DNA of 64,000 nucleotides from Cyanobacteria bacterium J06626_4 (lineage in GTDB: Bacteria; Cyanobacteriota; Cyanobacteriia; Phormidesmidales; Phormidesmidaceae): assembly GCA_038523235.1 (NCBI GenBank), contig JBCBJQ010000008.1, forward strand, positions 1 to 64,000, read 5' to 3'. Positions 31,273 to 41,075 of the stretch are shown one piece after another. The number at the start of each line of letters is the position of its first letter. The first letter of the stretch is position 1. The notes under the pieces were generated by a model. The model had not been told where the DNA came from, did not search any database, and saw only the letters and a list, made by a program, of their open reading frames with translations. A program made the position numbers and the translations under genes.

Positions 31273-32370
31273 TTAGGAAACAGTCAATTCAGCCATCAAC
31301 TCGGCCACCGGGAGAATTCTCTCCGCTTGACCGGCATGGCTACCGGCAAATACCAGCCCCGTTTCCACATCCCCGTGAGCCGCTCGATCGAGCGCTCGGA
31401 GGATGCAGTAAGTATCTCGACTATCGCGAAACTTACAAACTTTTAAGCAATTGACAAAACAGGGTTCCTCAGGATTCGGTGTGGTTTCAGCTAATACTTT
31501 GGCGACGAAGGGATTTTTCAACGCCCGACCCGGTAACCCGACGGGGCTAGAAACAACGACCACATCCTCCGATTGAGCGTTCAGATGGAATTCTTTATAG
31601 CGGCGATCGGCATCACATTCCTCAGTTGTGATAAACCGGGTGCCGATTTGGACGCCGCTGGCCCCCAGCGCCAACATCCGATCAATGTCGGCCCGGTCCC
31701 AAATGCCCCCCGCCGCAATCAGAGGAATGTCTTGCCGCAGTTCATTGTGCAGGTAAGCGATCAGCTCGGGCAGCACTTGCTCAGCCTCTAAGTCAGGCGA
31801 GTCTAACTCCTGCCGCTTAGCACCCAAATGCCCCCCGGCAGAATTCGGATTTTCGACCACGATGGCATCCGGCAAGCGCCCTTGACGCTGCCATTTCTGG
31901 CAAATAATCTTCGCGGTACGAGCGCTAGAGACGATTGGGAGAAGAGCCACCGTGGGGGCATCAGCGGTATATTCCGGCAGCTTTAAAGGCAAACCGGCCC
32001 CCGAAATCACGAGATTTGCCCCGTTTTGCACAGCGGTTTTGACCAGAAGCTCGTAACCATGAGCGGCGACCATTACGTTTACCCCAATAATGCCTTGGGG
32101 GCTCAGCGCCCGAGCTTTTTGTAATTCATCAATCAAGGCGAGGCGATTGGCTTCCAGAAAGTTTTCATGGCGCTTTTTGGGGCTGGGTTCATGGGGGTCA
32201 AAGTAAGCAGAGCGCATCCCCAAACCGATCGCGGAAATGATGCCAATGCCCCCTGCATTGGCAACCGCTGCCGCCAAACCGGCCCCCGAAATGCGAATTC
32301 CCATGCCGCCTTGAATGATGGGGTACCGGGCTGTGTATTGACCAATGGTGAGGATGGGAAGGGATGTCAT
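31273..32370 (-). CDS. Nitronate monooxygenase/FabK-superfamily flavoprotein, FabX-like with C-terminal Fe-S cysteine motif
   Basis: PIIQGGMG, GAGLP, AGGH, IAAGGIWDR, GVQIGTRF, SPVGLP and CFVNCLKVC...YCI. Confidence 0.85.
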   Translation of the reverse strand: MTSLPILTIGQYTARYPIIQGGMGIRISGAGLAAAVANAGGIGIISAIGLGMRSAYFDPHEPSPKKRHENFLEANRLALIDELQKARALSPQGIIGVNVMVAAHGYELLVKTAVQNGANLVISGAGLPLKLPEYTADAPTVALLPIVSSARTAKIICQKWQRQGRLPDAIVVENPNSAGGHLGAKRQELDSPDLEAEQVLPELIAYLHNELRQDIPLIAAGGIWDRADIDRMLALGASGVQIGTRFITTEECDADRRYKEFHLNAQSEDVVVVSSPVGLPGRALKNPFVAKVLAETTPNPEEPCFVNCLKVCKFRDSRDTYCILRALDRAAHGDVETGLVFAGSHAGQAERILPVAELMAELTVS

Positions 32371-32484
32371 AAGGTTAATTCAGAGTTGGGCAAGTTGATT
32401 GATAGAGTGCTGGCCACTTTGCTGAGCACACCGAGGAGCGCTCTGAACCTGAGCGCATCAGCAAAGTGGCTCCACAGCCTGGTT

Positions 32485-32691
32485 CTAAGCGGACTGGCAA
32501 CAGCGATAAGACCACCACAATCCAGTCAGCGAAATCAGGGTTTTACCCCAAACAGGCGCTAGAAACAGACTCAGTAGCAGGGTAAAAAAGGCACACACCA
32601 GATAGAACACAGACAAGATTTCGGGGCTGTGAAGACTGAGGTGAAACAGTGCTAATGTCAGCAGGGCAGCCGCAGAGAAAGATATGTTCAT
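32485..32691 (-). CDS. Small hydrophobic membrane protein (68 aa)
   Basis: Co-oriented between hemN and the flavoprotein gene; almost entirely hydrophobic. Confidence 0.55.
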   Translation of the reverse strand: MNISFSAAALLTLALFHLSLHSPEILSVFYLVCAFFTLLLSLFLAPVWGKTLISLTGLWWSYRCCQSA

Positions 32692-32727
32692 GGACCTTGA
32701 TCCACCAAGTTGCTCAGGAATCAGCCG

Positions 32728-34125
32728 CTAGACCGATTGAGAAAACTGGCGTTTTTGCGGCTGGCCCAGGTAGGTATCGAATACCGCCGCCACATTACGA
32801 ATCAGTAAACGCCCGGCTGAGGTGACCGCAATATGGTTGGGGGTCAGACGCACCAGTCCATCGGCTTCCAGATTTTTCAAAGCCTGCCGTTCGGAGGCAA
32901 AGTAGTCATCAAAATCCTGGTCAAAGCGGAGGTGATACTTGGTCTCAATCGCCGCTTTGGACAGTTCAAACTGACACATCAGCTCCATAATCACCGCTCG
33001 CCGCAGAATGTCGTCGCGGCTGAGGGTGACACCTCGTGCCACGGGCAGCTGATGGGTATCCATCACGCGGTAAAAGTCTCGTAACTGCTTGTGATTCTGG
33101 ACATAAACGTCGTGCAGCATGCTGATGGCCGTCATGCCAAAGGCCAGCAGATCAGACTCGGGTTGGGTGGTATAGCCCTGGAAGTTGCGATGGAGTTGGC
33201 CGGCCTGTTGCGCCAGGGTCAGCTCATCATCGGGTTTAGCAAAGTGATCCATGCCGATGAACTGGTAACCGTGGAAGGTGAGTTCATCCATGCTCAGGTG
33301 AAAAATGTTGAGTTTTTCGGCTGGGGTGGGGAGTTGAGTCGGGTCAATATGCTGCCGCTGGACGGGCTTGAGCCAGGGCACATAGGCAAAGTTAAACAGG
33401 GCGATGCGGTCTGGATCGAGCGCGATGGTTTTGCGAATGGTCTCTCGAAAAGTCGCTGCGGTTTGGTAAGGCAAACCGTAAATTAGATCCACATTGATGC
33501 TGTCAAAGTCTGCTTCTCGCATCCAGGCCATGCCCTGAAACAGCATCTCCTCGGGTTGAATGCGGTTAATCGCCGCCTGGACTTGGGGGTCAAAGTCTTG
33601 AATGCCAAAGCTAATGCGATTAAAGCCGAGCTGTTTTAACCCCAGCACATAGTCGCGACTGAGCTGGCGGGGGTTGACCTCGATGGAAATTTCGGCATCC
33701 TTGGCAAACTGGAAATGCTGAGCCAGCGCCGTCCAAAGGCGTTCCACCTGGTTTAGGGTCAGATAGTTGGGCGTGCCGCCACCCCAGTGCATCTGGTTGA
33801 CTACGCGCCCTTGGGTGTGGGTGGCGACCTGCTCAATATTCTGGATGAGATAGTCGAGGTAGGGCTCTGCGGCCTGCCGCTGCTGGGTAATGATGGTGTT
33901 GCAGCCGCAAAAGTAACAAGCGGTTTCACAAAAGGGAATGTGGCAATACAGGGAGAGCGGCGTCTGCTTGTAATTGCCGACGGCGATCGCCGTTTCAAAA
34001 TCCGCGATCTGAAACCCGTCCGCCAGTTCTGTGGCGGGGGGATAGCTCGTGTATCGCGGTAGCGGCTGATTGTATTTGTTGAGCAAGGCCGCATCAAATG
34101 TCGGTATTGAAGTCAGGGTTGTCAT
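32728..34125 (-). CDS. hemN: Oxygen-independent coproporphyrinogen III oxidase
   Basis: PRYTSYP, HIPFCETACYFCGC, HWGGGTP, DLIYGLP, IGMDHFA, HRNFQGYTT. Confidence 0.96.
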   Translation of the reverse strand: MTTLTSIPTFDAALLNKYNQPLPRYTSYPPATELADGFQIADFETAIAVGNYKQTPLSLYCHIPFCETACYFCGCNTIITQQRQAAEPYLDYLIQNIEQVATHTQGRVVNQMHWGGGTPNYLTLNQVERLWTALAQHFQFAKDAEISIEVNPRQLSRDYVLGLKQLGFNRISFGIQDFDPQVQAAINRIQPEEMLFQGMAWMREADFDSINVDLIYGLPYQTAATFRETIRKTIALDPDRIALFNFAYVPWLKPVQRQHIDPTQLPTPAEKLNIFHLSMDELTFHGYQFIGMDHFAKPDDELTLAQQAGQLHRNFQGYTTQPESDLLAFGMTAISMLHDVYVQNHKQLRDFYRVMDTHQLPVARGVTLSRDDILRRAVIMELMCQFELSKAAIETKYHLRFDQDFDDYFASERQALKNLEADGLVRLTPNHIAVTSAGRLLIRNVAAVFDTYLGQPQKRQFSQSV

Positions 34126-34150
34126 ACAGCATTCACTAAATGGAGATCTG

Positions 34151-34182
34151 AAAAAAGGGGACGATTGAGGGGTACCGTCCCC
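34151..34182 (-). terminator. Intrinsic terminator-like hairpin between ho2 and hemN
   Basis: Minus strand reads GGGGACG-N12-CGTCCCC followed by TTTTTT. Confidence 0.6.
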
Positions 34183-34214
34183 ATCGTTCAGAGGAACCGA
34201 AAACCAATAACCTT

Positions 34215-34979
34215 CTACGAAGCGGCTGATTCCGCCGCCACCAGTTCTACAGAAATCTGACCCGGTGCCCGTGCCGTACTGCCGGGCTTGTCTTGCCGGG
34301 TAATCAAATCAAATACATGCTCGCCAATGGCCGCTCTGACATCCGACTCCAGCTCATGAAAGACATTGCGATTGAGGGCAAAAGCCCGATTCGCCTCCGC
34401 GACAATGGCTTGAATCTGCTCAGCGCCTACCGGCAGCGAGTTGAGGGCATCCCGATACCGTTGCTTACACTGGCGGCGGGCTTCCACGGTGGGCAGCTGA
34501 TCAAACTCATGGAGGCCGGTGCCTTGATCAGGCGGTAAATCGAGCGCCGAACGAACGATGTGGCGCAAGCTCTGGCCGCCGGAGAGATCGCCCATGTAGC
34601 GCACGTAGGCATGGGCAATCAGCAGCATCGGGTTGGTCTGAGAGATTTCCTGCAGACGAGCCACGTAGTTGTGTCCTTCCGGGGAGATGGCAATTTGCTG
34701 ACGCCAGTTTTCACCGTAGTAGAAGCGCAGATCTGCTTCTAACTTGTGAGTGCGCTCCAGCTCCGGGAAGAGCATGGGGCTAACCACGGGATGATGCCGA
34801 TGACGCGCCATCTCAACTTCTAATGTGCGGTAAACATAATAGAGATCGGCAATGAGCTTACGAAAGGGCTCTCTTTCCACAATGCCTTTGAGAAAGCATT
34901 TCATAAAAGCTGTGTTTTCAGCCAAGGTGTGAGATTGCTGGGTGCCTTCCCGCAGACACATCGCTAAAGCTTGAGTCAT
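34215..34979 (-). CDS. ho2: Heme oxygenase (biliverdin-producing), low-oxygen isoform
   Basis: LREGTQQSHTLAENTAFMKCFLKG and AHAYVRYMGDLSGGQ; adjacent to hemN as in known low-O2 operons. Confidence 0.9.
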   Translation of the reverse strand: MTQALAMCLREGTQQSHTLAENTAFMKCFLKGIVEREPFRKLIADLYYVYRTLEVEMARHRHHPVVSPMLFPELERTHKLEADLRFYYGENWRQQIAISPEGHNYVARLQEISQTNPMLLIAHAYVRYMGDLSGGQSLRHIVRSALDLPPDQGTGLHEFDQLPTVEARRQCKQRYRDALNSLPVGAEQIQAIVAEANRAFALNRNVFHELESDVRAAIGEHVFDLITRQDKPGSTARAPGQISVELVAAESAAS

Positions 34980-35154
34980 GGAAAATACCTCGAATATCGA
35001 TTAATAGCTGAGCAACGATGTTTTGAGAGAACAGGTTCAAAAGACCAGAACAGCGAACCGACACTCAAGACCCCTGGAAGTCTCAGGGGATACAGTGCCT
35101 GAGGTCGATCGCCTAACAGCTCTGAGTCCAGCGCTTCACAGCATCTCTCATCGC

Positions 35155-35190
35155 TCATTGATTACTATATAGCTATTTAATAATCAATGA
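35155..35190. promoter_or_regulatory. 36-bp near-perfect palindrome upstream of ho2, putative operator
   Basis: TCATTGATTA-CTATATAGCTATTTAA-TAATCAATGA. Confidence 0.6.
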
Positions 35191-35282
35191 TAGGTGTTGT
35201 GAAAACTTTACTGTTGTCTGGCTATTCAGACTGATCGCTACATTGAGCCCTCTGAAACACCCAGACGATGTTGACGCATCCG

Positions 35283-35431
35283 GGCGTTGCTGATTTTAGG
35301 GATGAACGGGTCTTCCAGGACATAGGCTGTGTTGCCCCCTAAATCCCCCAATTCTGAGGGACTTCAAGCCTCTAGTCCCCCCCCCCGAATTGGGGCTAGG
35401 GGGGCGAATCATCCCATCATTAAGCAACGAC
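35283..35431. mobile_element. MITE with GGCGTTGCT..AGCAACG ends and internal G/C palindromes
   Basis: Terminal inverted repeats; flanking direct repeat GCATCCG (35276-35282, 35432-35438); the internal CCCCTAAATCCCCCAATT..AATTGGGG unit is shared with 4177-4420. Confidence 0.75.
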
Positions 35432-35446
35432 GCATCCGTTGCTCCA

Positions 35447-36196
35447 TCATCCCCTGGTCGGTAGGTCTGCTGTTTCGCAGTCTGGTTGCTGGGGATAGCT
35501 CTGGGGCATCACCGCATTTTTCAAGTTAGCTTGATCGAGCAAGGTGCCCGTCAGATCAGCGCCCAGCAAATTCGCGTCTTCCAGATTAGCCCTGGTCAGA
35601 TCGGCGTAACTGAGGTTAGCCCCTTGCAGATTCGCGCCACGCAGATCCGTCGGCACCGTCCCCGGACGATAGTCGAGCCCCAAGTTGGCTCGACAGAGAA
35701 TAGCCTGAGCTAAATTGGCTCCCCGTAGGTTGGCCCCACTCAAGCGCCCATAGCTTAAATCAACCTGTTGCAAGTTGGCCTGCGTCAGATTGGTTCGTGA
35801 GTCAGCCGTTGGGCGCAAGTCGGCCTCAAGCAGACAAGCCCCTGACAGATCAGCCCCTTGCAAGTTCGCGCCGCCTAGACTGGCTTTGAGCAGATTGGCC
35901 TCAACCAAGTGCGCGTGGCCCAGGTTAGCCCCACTCAGATCAACCTCGCGCAAACGGGCATGAGCCATCCTGGCCGCCCTCAAATCGCTGCCCCACAGAA
36001 TTGATTCGCTCAAATCGCTGTGCTCAAAATTAGCTTGGCGAAAATGAGTTCGACCTAAACGAGATTGCCGCAAATCTGAGCGGCTGAAATTAATGTTGTT
36101 GAGCCTGAGCTGCAGTAGATCACTCTCTAAAAGTCTCAACCCCGCAAAATCACGCTGGCCAGCGTTGTATCTTTCCTGAAGTTCTTTTCTATCCAT
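35447..36196 (-). CDS. Pentapeptide repeat protein
   Basis: N-terminus ELQERYNAGQRDF followed by many A(N/D)Lxx repeats. Confidence 0.93.
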   Translation of the reverse strand: MDRKELQERYNAGQRDFAGLRLLESDLLQLRLNNINFSRSDLRQSRLGRTHFRQANFEHSDLSESILWGSDLRAARMAHARLREVDLSGANLGHAHLVEANLLKASLGGANLQGADLSGACLLEADLRPTADSRTNLTQANLQQVDLSYGRLSGANLRGANLAQAILCRANLGLDYRPGTVPTDLRGANLQGANLSYADLTRANLEDANLLGADLTGTLLDQANLKNAVMPQSYPQQPDCETADLPTRG

Positions 36197-36299
36197 GATG
36201 TTATTTATCCTTAAATTTGATGGGATGAGTGCTGACGATCTCGCCCACTCTGTAGCCTCGAAACGACCGCGACGGCCAACTGCGACACCTCCGGTGTGC

Positions 36300-36908
36300 C
36301 TAAGAGGCGGAGATCGCGGCCTCTAACGCTTGTTTGACCTCGGGAATAAAGACCGTGTACATGCCCCGCAAATCGCCCACGTTAAAGTCATAGGCGAGAT
36401 CTTGGGGGTAGTTGTCTTTCACAAATTGGGGGCGATCGCCTTTGCCCCCGTGGCAGGCCAGACAGCTGGCTTCCACATTAATCCGACGGTAGTAGCGGGT
36501 GCCGGGCTCGCCATTGAGCGTTGCTGAAGCCCAAAAGCCCTGCAGATCGGCATCTTGCTCAAACTTGGCCAGAGCCATTTGGGCTTGGGGGGTATCGGGT
36601 TCATGAGCCGGGTTGCGATACTTCTTGGCCAATTGTTTAACCTGCCAACCGTTGTCTTGGCTCAACTGCATCGCTTTCATCCCCACCGGTTTGCAGACCT
36701 GTCGCATGGTTTCAGCGGTCGGCGGTGCAGTGGCCTCTTCGAGATAGGCTGCCAGCCCACTGCGCAGGGCGTCTAAATTTTCAATTTCCTGGACCGCTTT
36801 AGCGAGTTCGGTCGGTTCCGGTTGGGCTAGCGCGATCTCGGGCAGTCCCATGAGGCAGAAAATCACGAGGGATACACCGAGAACTAATCGAGAGAACACT
36901 CTCATCAT
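36300..36908 (-). CDS. Tll0287-like (DUF3365) exported c-type heme protein
   Basis: Signal peptide, VCKPVG, KYRNP, heme-binding CLACHG, YPQDLAYDFNVGDLRG. Confidence 0.88.
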   Translation of the reverse strand: MMRVFSRLVLGVSLVIFCLMGLPEIALAQPEPTELAKAVQEIENLDALRSGLAAYLEEATAPPTAETMRQVCKPVGMKAMQLSQDNGWQVKQLAKKYRNPAHEPDTPQAQMALAKFEQDADLQGFWASATLNGEPGTRYYRRINVEASCLACHGGKGDRPQFVKDNYPQDLAYDFNVGDLRGMYTVFIPEVKQALEAAISAS

Positions 36909-37146
36909 GCACAGTCTCCTGAATGAGTTTAAGAGCACGGTTTCATAGGTTTAATAGCCGTGAAAGATTGGGAACAGAGCACCCACAAATCGTGCAGTAA
37001 TGCCGACAAATACCAACCCGGTGACAGGCTCGCGGCACCGACTGCCTTGAGGGCCGTCAATGTCTTGAATGAATTGGCTTGCTCAGAAGGAAGCGACATT
37101 CCTGTGCAAACAGGGAACGGTCGCGATCGGCGATGGCAAGAGGTGC

Positions 37147-38466
37147 TTAACTCGCTAGGGATTCTGAGCCCGAGGCTGCCGTTTTAGCCAGCGCGGAAAC
37201 ATCCTTCAGCAGTTGCAGCCCAAACAGAGTCCGGAGTCCCAACCGCTCGTACCAGGGCATCCCGACGCCAAAGCGAATTTTCAGCATGAAATATTCTTCA
37301 AAAGCCGCTTTCACCCACACGACCCAGGGCCCCCGCACCGCGTAGGAGTGTTTCCGCTTCCCGGTTTTGGGGTCGGGCAGTACCGGAGCGGCAATGTAGG
37401 CAATGCCCGTATTGCCAAACTCAGCAAAACAGAGAGCCTCTAAAGTCGGCACTTGATGATGGGCTTTGATCGCTTTGAGGTCAACGGCAATATTGTGGGC
37501 CGCAGCGGTTGCCATGGCTTCGGCCATTTGCCCGCTTTTGGGGAGCCCAATCGGCACCGGAGTGACATCGGGCTGGGCCAATTTGACACTCACCCCGGCG
37601 GCGTAGATATTAGCAAAATGGGGATGGCGTTGGGTGGGCAAAATGGGAATAAACCCCCTGTCATCACCGAGCCCAGGGACCTCTCGGATAAACTGCGCCC
37701 CCTGAAAGGCGGGCAAAATCATGGCGTAATTAAAGGGCAACTGGCGGCCATCAGCCAGGGTCACGGCTTGGGACTGAATTGCGGTAATCGTGGCATTATC
37801 AATTACCTCAATCCTCCGTTCTTGCATGAGCTCGGCGGTCAGCTCTCGGGCTTGGCGTACCCCCGAGACGCCTAAATGTCCGGCGTAGGGTTCTGGGGTG
37901 ACGTAGGTGATCGGGACTTGATCTCGCAATCCTCGACGGCGCAGTTCCTGATCGGCAATTAGGGCAAACTCATAGGCAGGGCCAAAGCACCCAGCACCTG
38001 GCGCGGCCCCCACTACTATCGGCCCGGGATTTTCGAGAAACGCCAGCCAGGCTTGACGGGCTTCGAGAGCATGATCGGGGGTGCAGACAGAGTGGGTGTA
38101 GCCGCCGTGGGGACCAATGCCGGGTACCCAGTCCCAGGCCAGAGACGCGCCGGTCGCAATGAGCAAATAGTCATAGGAGATCGCCGCCTGCCCCTCAATT
38201 GTCAGGCGCTGCTGGGTGGGGTCGAGGGCCGTGACCTGACCTGATACCCAATTGAGATTGTGGCGCTGGGCGAGTCGAGCCAGGCCCAACTGCACATGCG
38301 CTAACGGCTTCAAATTGAAGGCAACCCGAATCAGCCCTGGAATAAAGGTGAATTCTGATTTCTCTGATATTAAGGTGACCGTATGCTCTGACGGCAGCAG
38401 ATGCCGGAGTTCATAGGCGGCGGGCAACCCCCCTAATCCGGCCCCAATGACAACAACATTAGCCAT
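37147..38466 (-). CDS. sqr: Sulfide:quinone oxidoreductase
   Basis: GAGLGG FAD fold, HSVCT, GAGCFGPAYE, PKSGQM, ALCFAEFG, KAAFEEYF; next to a Tll0287-like gene. Confidence 0.85.
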   Translation of the reverse strand: MANVVVIGAGLGGLPAAYELRHLLPSEHTVTLISEKSEFTFIPGLIRVAFNLKPLAHVQLGLARLAQRHNLNWVSGQVTALDPTQQRLTIEGQAAISYDYLLIATGASLAWDWVPGIGPHGGYTHSVCTPDHALEARQAWLAFLENPGPIVVGAAPGAGCFGPAYEFALIADQELRRRGLRDQVPITYVTPEPYAGHLGVSGVRQARELTAELMQERRIEVIDNATITAIQSQAVTLADGRQLPFNYAMILPAFQGAQFIREVPGLGDDRGFIPILPTQRHPHFANIYAAGVSVKLAQPDVTPVPIGLPKSGQMAEAMATAAAHNIAVDLKAIKAHHQVPTLEALCFAEFGNTGIAYIAAPVLPDPKTGKRKHSYAVRGPWVVWVKAAFEEYFMLKIRFGVGMPWYERLGLRTLFGLQLLKDVSALAKTAASGSESLAS

Positions 38467-38886
38467 AAAACGCTTTCATCCTCCATCTTTTTTATTCGGA
38501 TTTTTTATCAGGTGTTTGTTAATCCCTCGGGGCAGCACAGCTCTTTAAACGTCTGAGCCAACCAATCGGACAATACGTCAACAATTTGAGGAAGCTATGA
38601 AGCCCTTCCTTGTAGAACGACTAGGCAGCCTTTAAGTAACCATACTACTAAGTAGTTATATGGCGTTATAAATAGAGTAAAATCTATGCATTCACCCTGA
38701 AGATTGCTTTCTCGCCAGGCGGCTGAAAACAAGCGATCGCTGAAGTATCGTATTACTATTTGGTCATAAAATGAACAATGAATTGATTGGCCAGGAGCCT
38801 GTCTGTGTCTGACGGCGATCTTTATCGCCTGATTGGCAGGCAGTTTCCCTGTCTCAAAACTTATGAAACAAGCGGAGTCATGATTG

Positions 38887-39306
38887 ATGTATCACTTTAG
38901 TAAGGTTGTTAATGTCTCATTTGAAGAGGCCCTAGAGCAGGTGACGGCGTCGCTGCGAGCAGAGGGGCTGGGGGTGCTGACTGAAATTGATGTGCAAGCC
39001 GCCTTTCAGAAAAAGCTCGGCAAAGACTTTCGGAATTACAAAATTCTCGGGGCCTGCCATCCCGGCATCGCCTACGACATGATTCAAGCGGATGACAAAG
39101 CGGGGGCGCTTTACCCCTGCAATGTGGTGGTCCAAGAGCATGAAGATGGCCGCGTCGAGGTCTCGGCGGTTGATCCGCTGATGATGTTTTTGATGGTGCA
39201 TACCCCTGAGGCTAAGCAGATTGCGTTAGAAGCCAGCGAAAAGATGCAGGCCGTGATCGAACGTTTGCCCGCCGCCGTGATGCCTGAGCTGGCTGGCGTG
39301 GCCTAA
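38887..39306 (+). CDS. DUF302 domain protein
   Basis: GLGVLTEIDVQ, YKILGACHP, LYPCNVVVQE, VSAVDP. Confidence 0.88.
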   Translation: MYHFSKVVNVSFEEALEQVTASLRAEGLGVLTEIDVQAAFQKKLGKDFRNYKILGACHPGIAYDMIQADDKAGALYPCNVVVQEHEDGRVEVSAVDPLMMFLMVHTPEAKQIALEASEKMQAVIERLPAAVMPELAGVA

Positions 39307-39429
39307 GCTTCGCCTCAGTCCTGGAATGCTGAGTTCCTGAACGGTTAGCCGTTGCTCGCAATATCCACACATTCACCTGATTCAATTTTGACGGATTCAA
39401 TTTTGATTGATTTTTTGGAGATAAATCTC

Positions 39430-39645
39430 ATGTTTAATAATGTTGGTACCACTGATCGCTTACTGCGCCTAATCGCAGCCGCTGTTCTGCTTTATCTGGG
39501 GCTGTTTACCTATGCGGGGTCAGCCCTCGGCATTGGGCTAGCTGTGGCTGGGGGCGTCGTCCTGCTCACGGGACTGATCAGTTCCTGTGCCCTGTATGGG
39601 TCGCTCGGCATCAATACTCGCAAGTCCAACCAATCCCTGTCATAA
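39430..39645 (+). CDS. DUF2892 (YgaP-like) small membrane protein
   Basis: MFNNVGTTDRLLR...TGLISSCALYGSLGINT. Confidence 0.85.
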   Translation: MFNNVGTTDRLLRLIAAAVLLYLGLFTYAGSALGIGLAVAGGVVLLTGLISSCALYGSLGINTRKSNQSLS

Positions 39646-39959
39646 AGTCCGACGATTTTATCCACGGGGGTAAATGCGCGATGGGGATCTTCAGGTCGGG
39701 TGAGCGATCGCTTCCTCTGACTCACGGCCTGGATTCCTAGCTGCTTTCCTCGGCAGTCGTTGCTCCCAGGATTAAGGGCGACGACCCTCCGGTAGCTTCC
39801 TAGTTGTAGACCCTGAAGAATTGATTCAGGGTCTACCGGACCAACCCGCCGTTACGACCTGGGTGAGTCCTAAAAAACTGGTTTTTTGAGAGCACTACCG
39901 AATTAATAACCGAACAATTTTTTTTCTGCACTGTCATAAAAGAACTGGAGTGAGTTGGA

Positions 39960-40496
39960 ATGATGGAAAATGCCATTCCTTATGAAAATCCGTCGTTATC
40001 ACGACGGCAATTGCTTAACTTTCTGACCGGGGCAACGGTGGCAGCCACTGCTGGATCGGCGCTGTACCCCATGGCCCAATTTTTTGTGCTGCCTCGGGGG
40101 ATGACTGGAGGGGGCGAGATTCTCGCTAAAGACAAATTGGGTAATCCCATTCCGGCGAGTCAAATTCTGGCTGAGCCCATTGGCACTCGTGCCCTCATTG
40201 CGGGCTTAGCGAGTGAACCGACTTATCTGGCCATCCAGAGTGACGGTTCCTTATCGCCGATGGGAATTGTCGATAACTGCACTCATCTGGGCTGCACTTT
40301 TCCCTGGAACGCCAATGACCAGCAGTTTCAATGCCCCTGCCATGGATCGCTCTACGACCCCGATGGCAAGGTTGTCCGAGGGCCAGCTCCCCTGCCGCTC
40401 AAGATTGTGCATGTGGCGGTGAAAGATGACGCCATCTGGATTTATTCCTGGAATGAAACTGACCCGCGTACAGGTGAGCCACCCTGGTGGGTCTAG
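39960..40496 (+). CDS. petC: Cytochrome b6f Rieske iron-sulfur subunit (accessory paralog)
   Basis: Tat-type SRRQLLNFL, CTHLGC, CPCHGS, VRGPAPLPL, WNETDPRTGEPPWW. Confidence 0.93.
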   Translation: MMENAIPYENPSLSRRQLLNFLTGATVAATAGSALYPMAQFFVLPRGMTGGGEILAKDKLGNPIPASQILAEPIGTRALIAGLASEPTYLAIQSDGSLSPMGIVDNCTHLGCTFPWNANDQQFQCPCHGSLYDPDGKVVRGPAPLPLKIVHVAVKDDAIWIYSWNETDPRTGEPPWWV

Positions 40497-40543
40497 GGAC
40501 TTAACGGACACCTGATTTGGCCCAGAAAACAGGAAGAATCACC

Positions 40544-41032
40544 ATGTTTACCAAAATATTAGTCCCCCTAGATCGTTCTCAGCGGGCGGACGATGTTTTT
40601 GCCAAGGCGATCAAAACGGCCTTGGACAATGATAGCCAGCTGATGCTATTTACGGCCCTGGACTGGGACTTTCATCTGGGGCTCGGTGCCTTTGACGCGA
40701 TTGAAATGGAGACCGACCTGTCGGGGGCCTTTGCCAACTTTCAGCAAAGCCAGTTAGAGGAAAAGCTGAGCGAGACCCGCCACTGGTTAAAAAGTTATGT
40801 CGCTCAAGCAACTGAGCAACCTATCCCGGTTCAGTCTCGGTGTGCCGTGGGTCATCCGGGTCCCTTGATTCGCGACTTGGCCCAGGAATGGGAGGCCGAC
40901 TTGATTGTTTTAGGGCGTCGAGGCCTGGGAGGGATCTCCGAGATGCTCTTGGGCAGCGTGAGTAATTATGTCCTGCACCATGTCGCTTGCTCAGTCTTAG
41001 TGGTGCAAGGACAAGCAGAGATTCCAGACTGA
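40544..41032 (+). CDS. Universal stress protein
   Basis: KILVPLDRS...ADLIVLGRRGLGGISEMLLGSVSNYVLHH. Confidence 0.93.
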   Translation: MFTKILVPLDRSQRADDVFAKAIKTALDNDSQLMLFTALDWDFHLGLGAFDAIEMETDLSGAFANFQQSQLEEKLSETRHWLKSYVAQATEQPIPVQSRCAVGHPGPLIRDLAQEWEADLIVLGRRGLGGISEMLLGSVSNYVLHHVACSVLVVQGQAEIPD

Positions 41033-41075
41033 GCAGTGGACTAACCCGTTTCATCATTCACATTGGAGAACTGAT

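Noticed and set aside
35158..35187. FNR box (TTGAT..ATCAA)
   Set aside because: The half-sites are 20 nt apart rather than 4.
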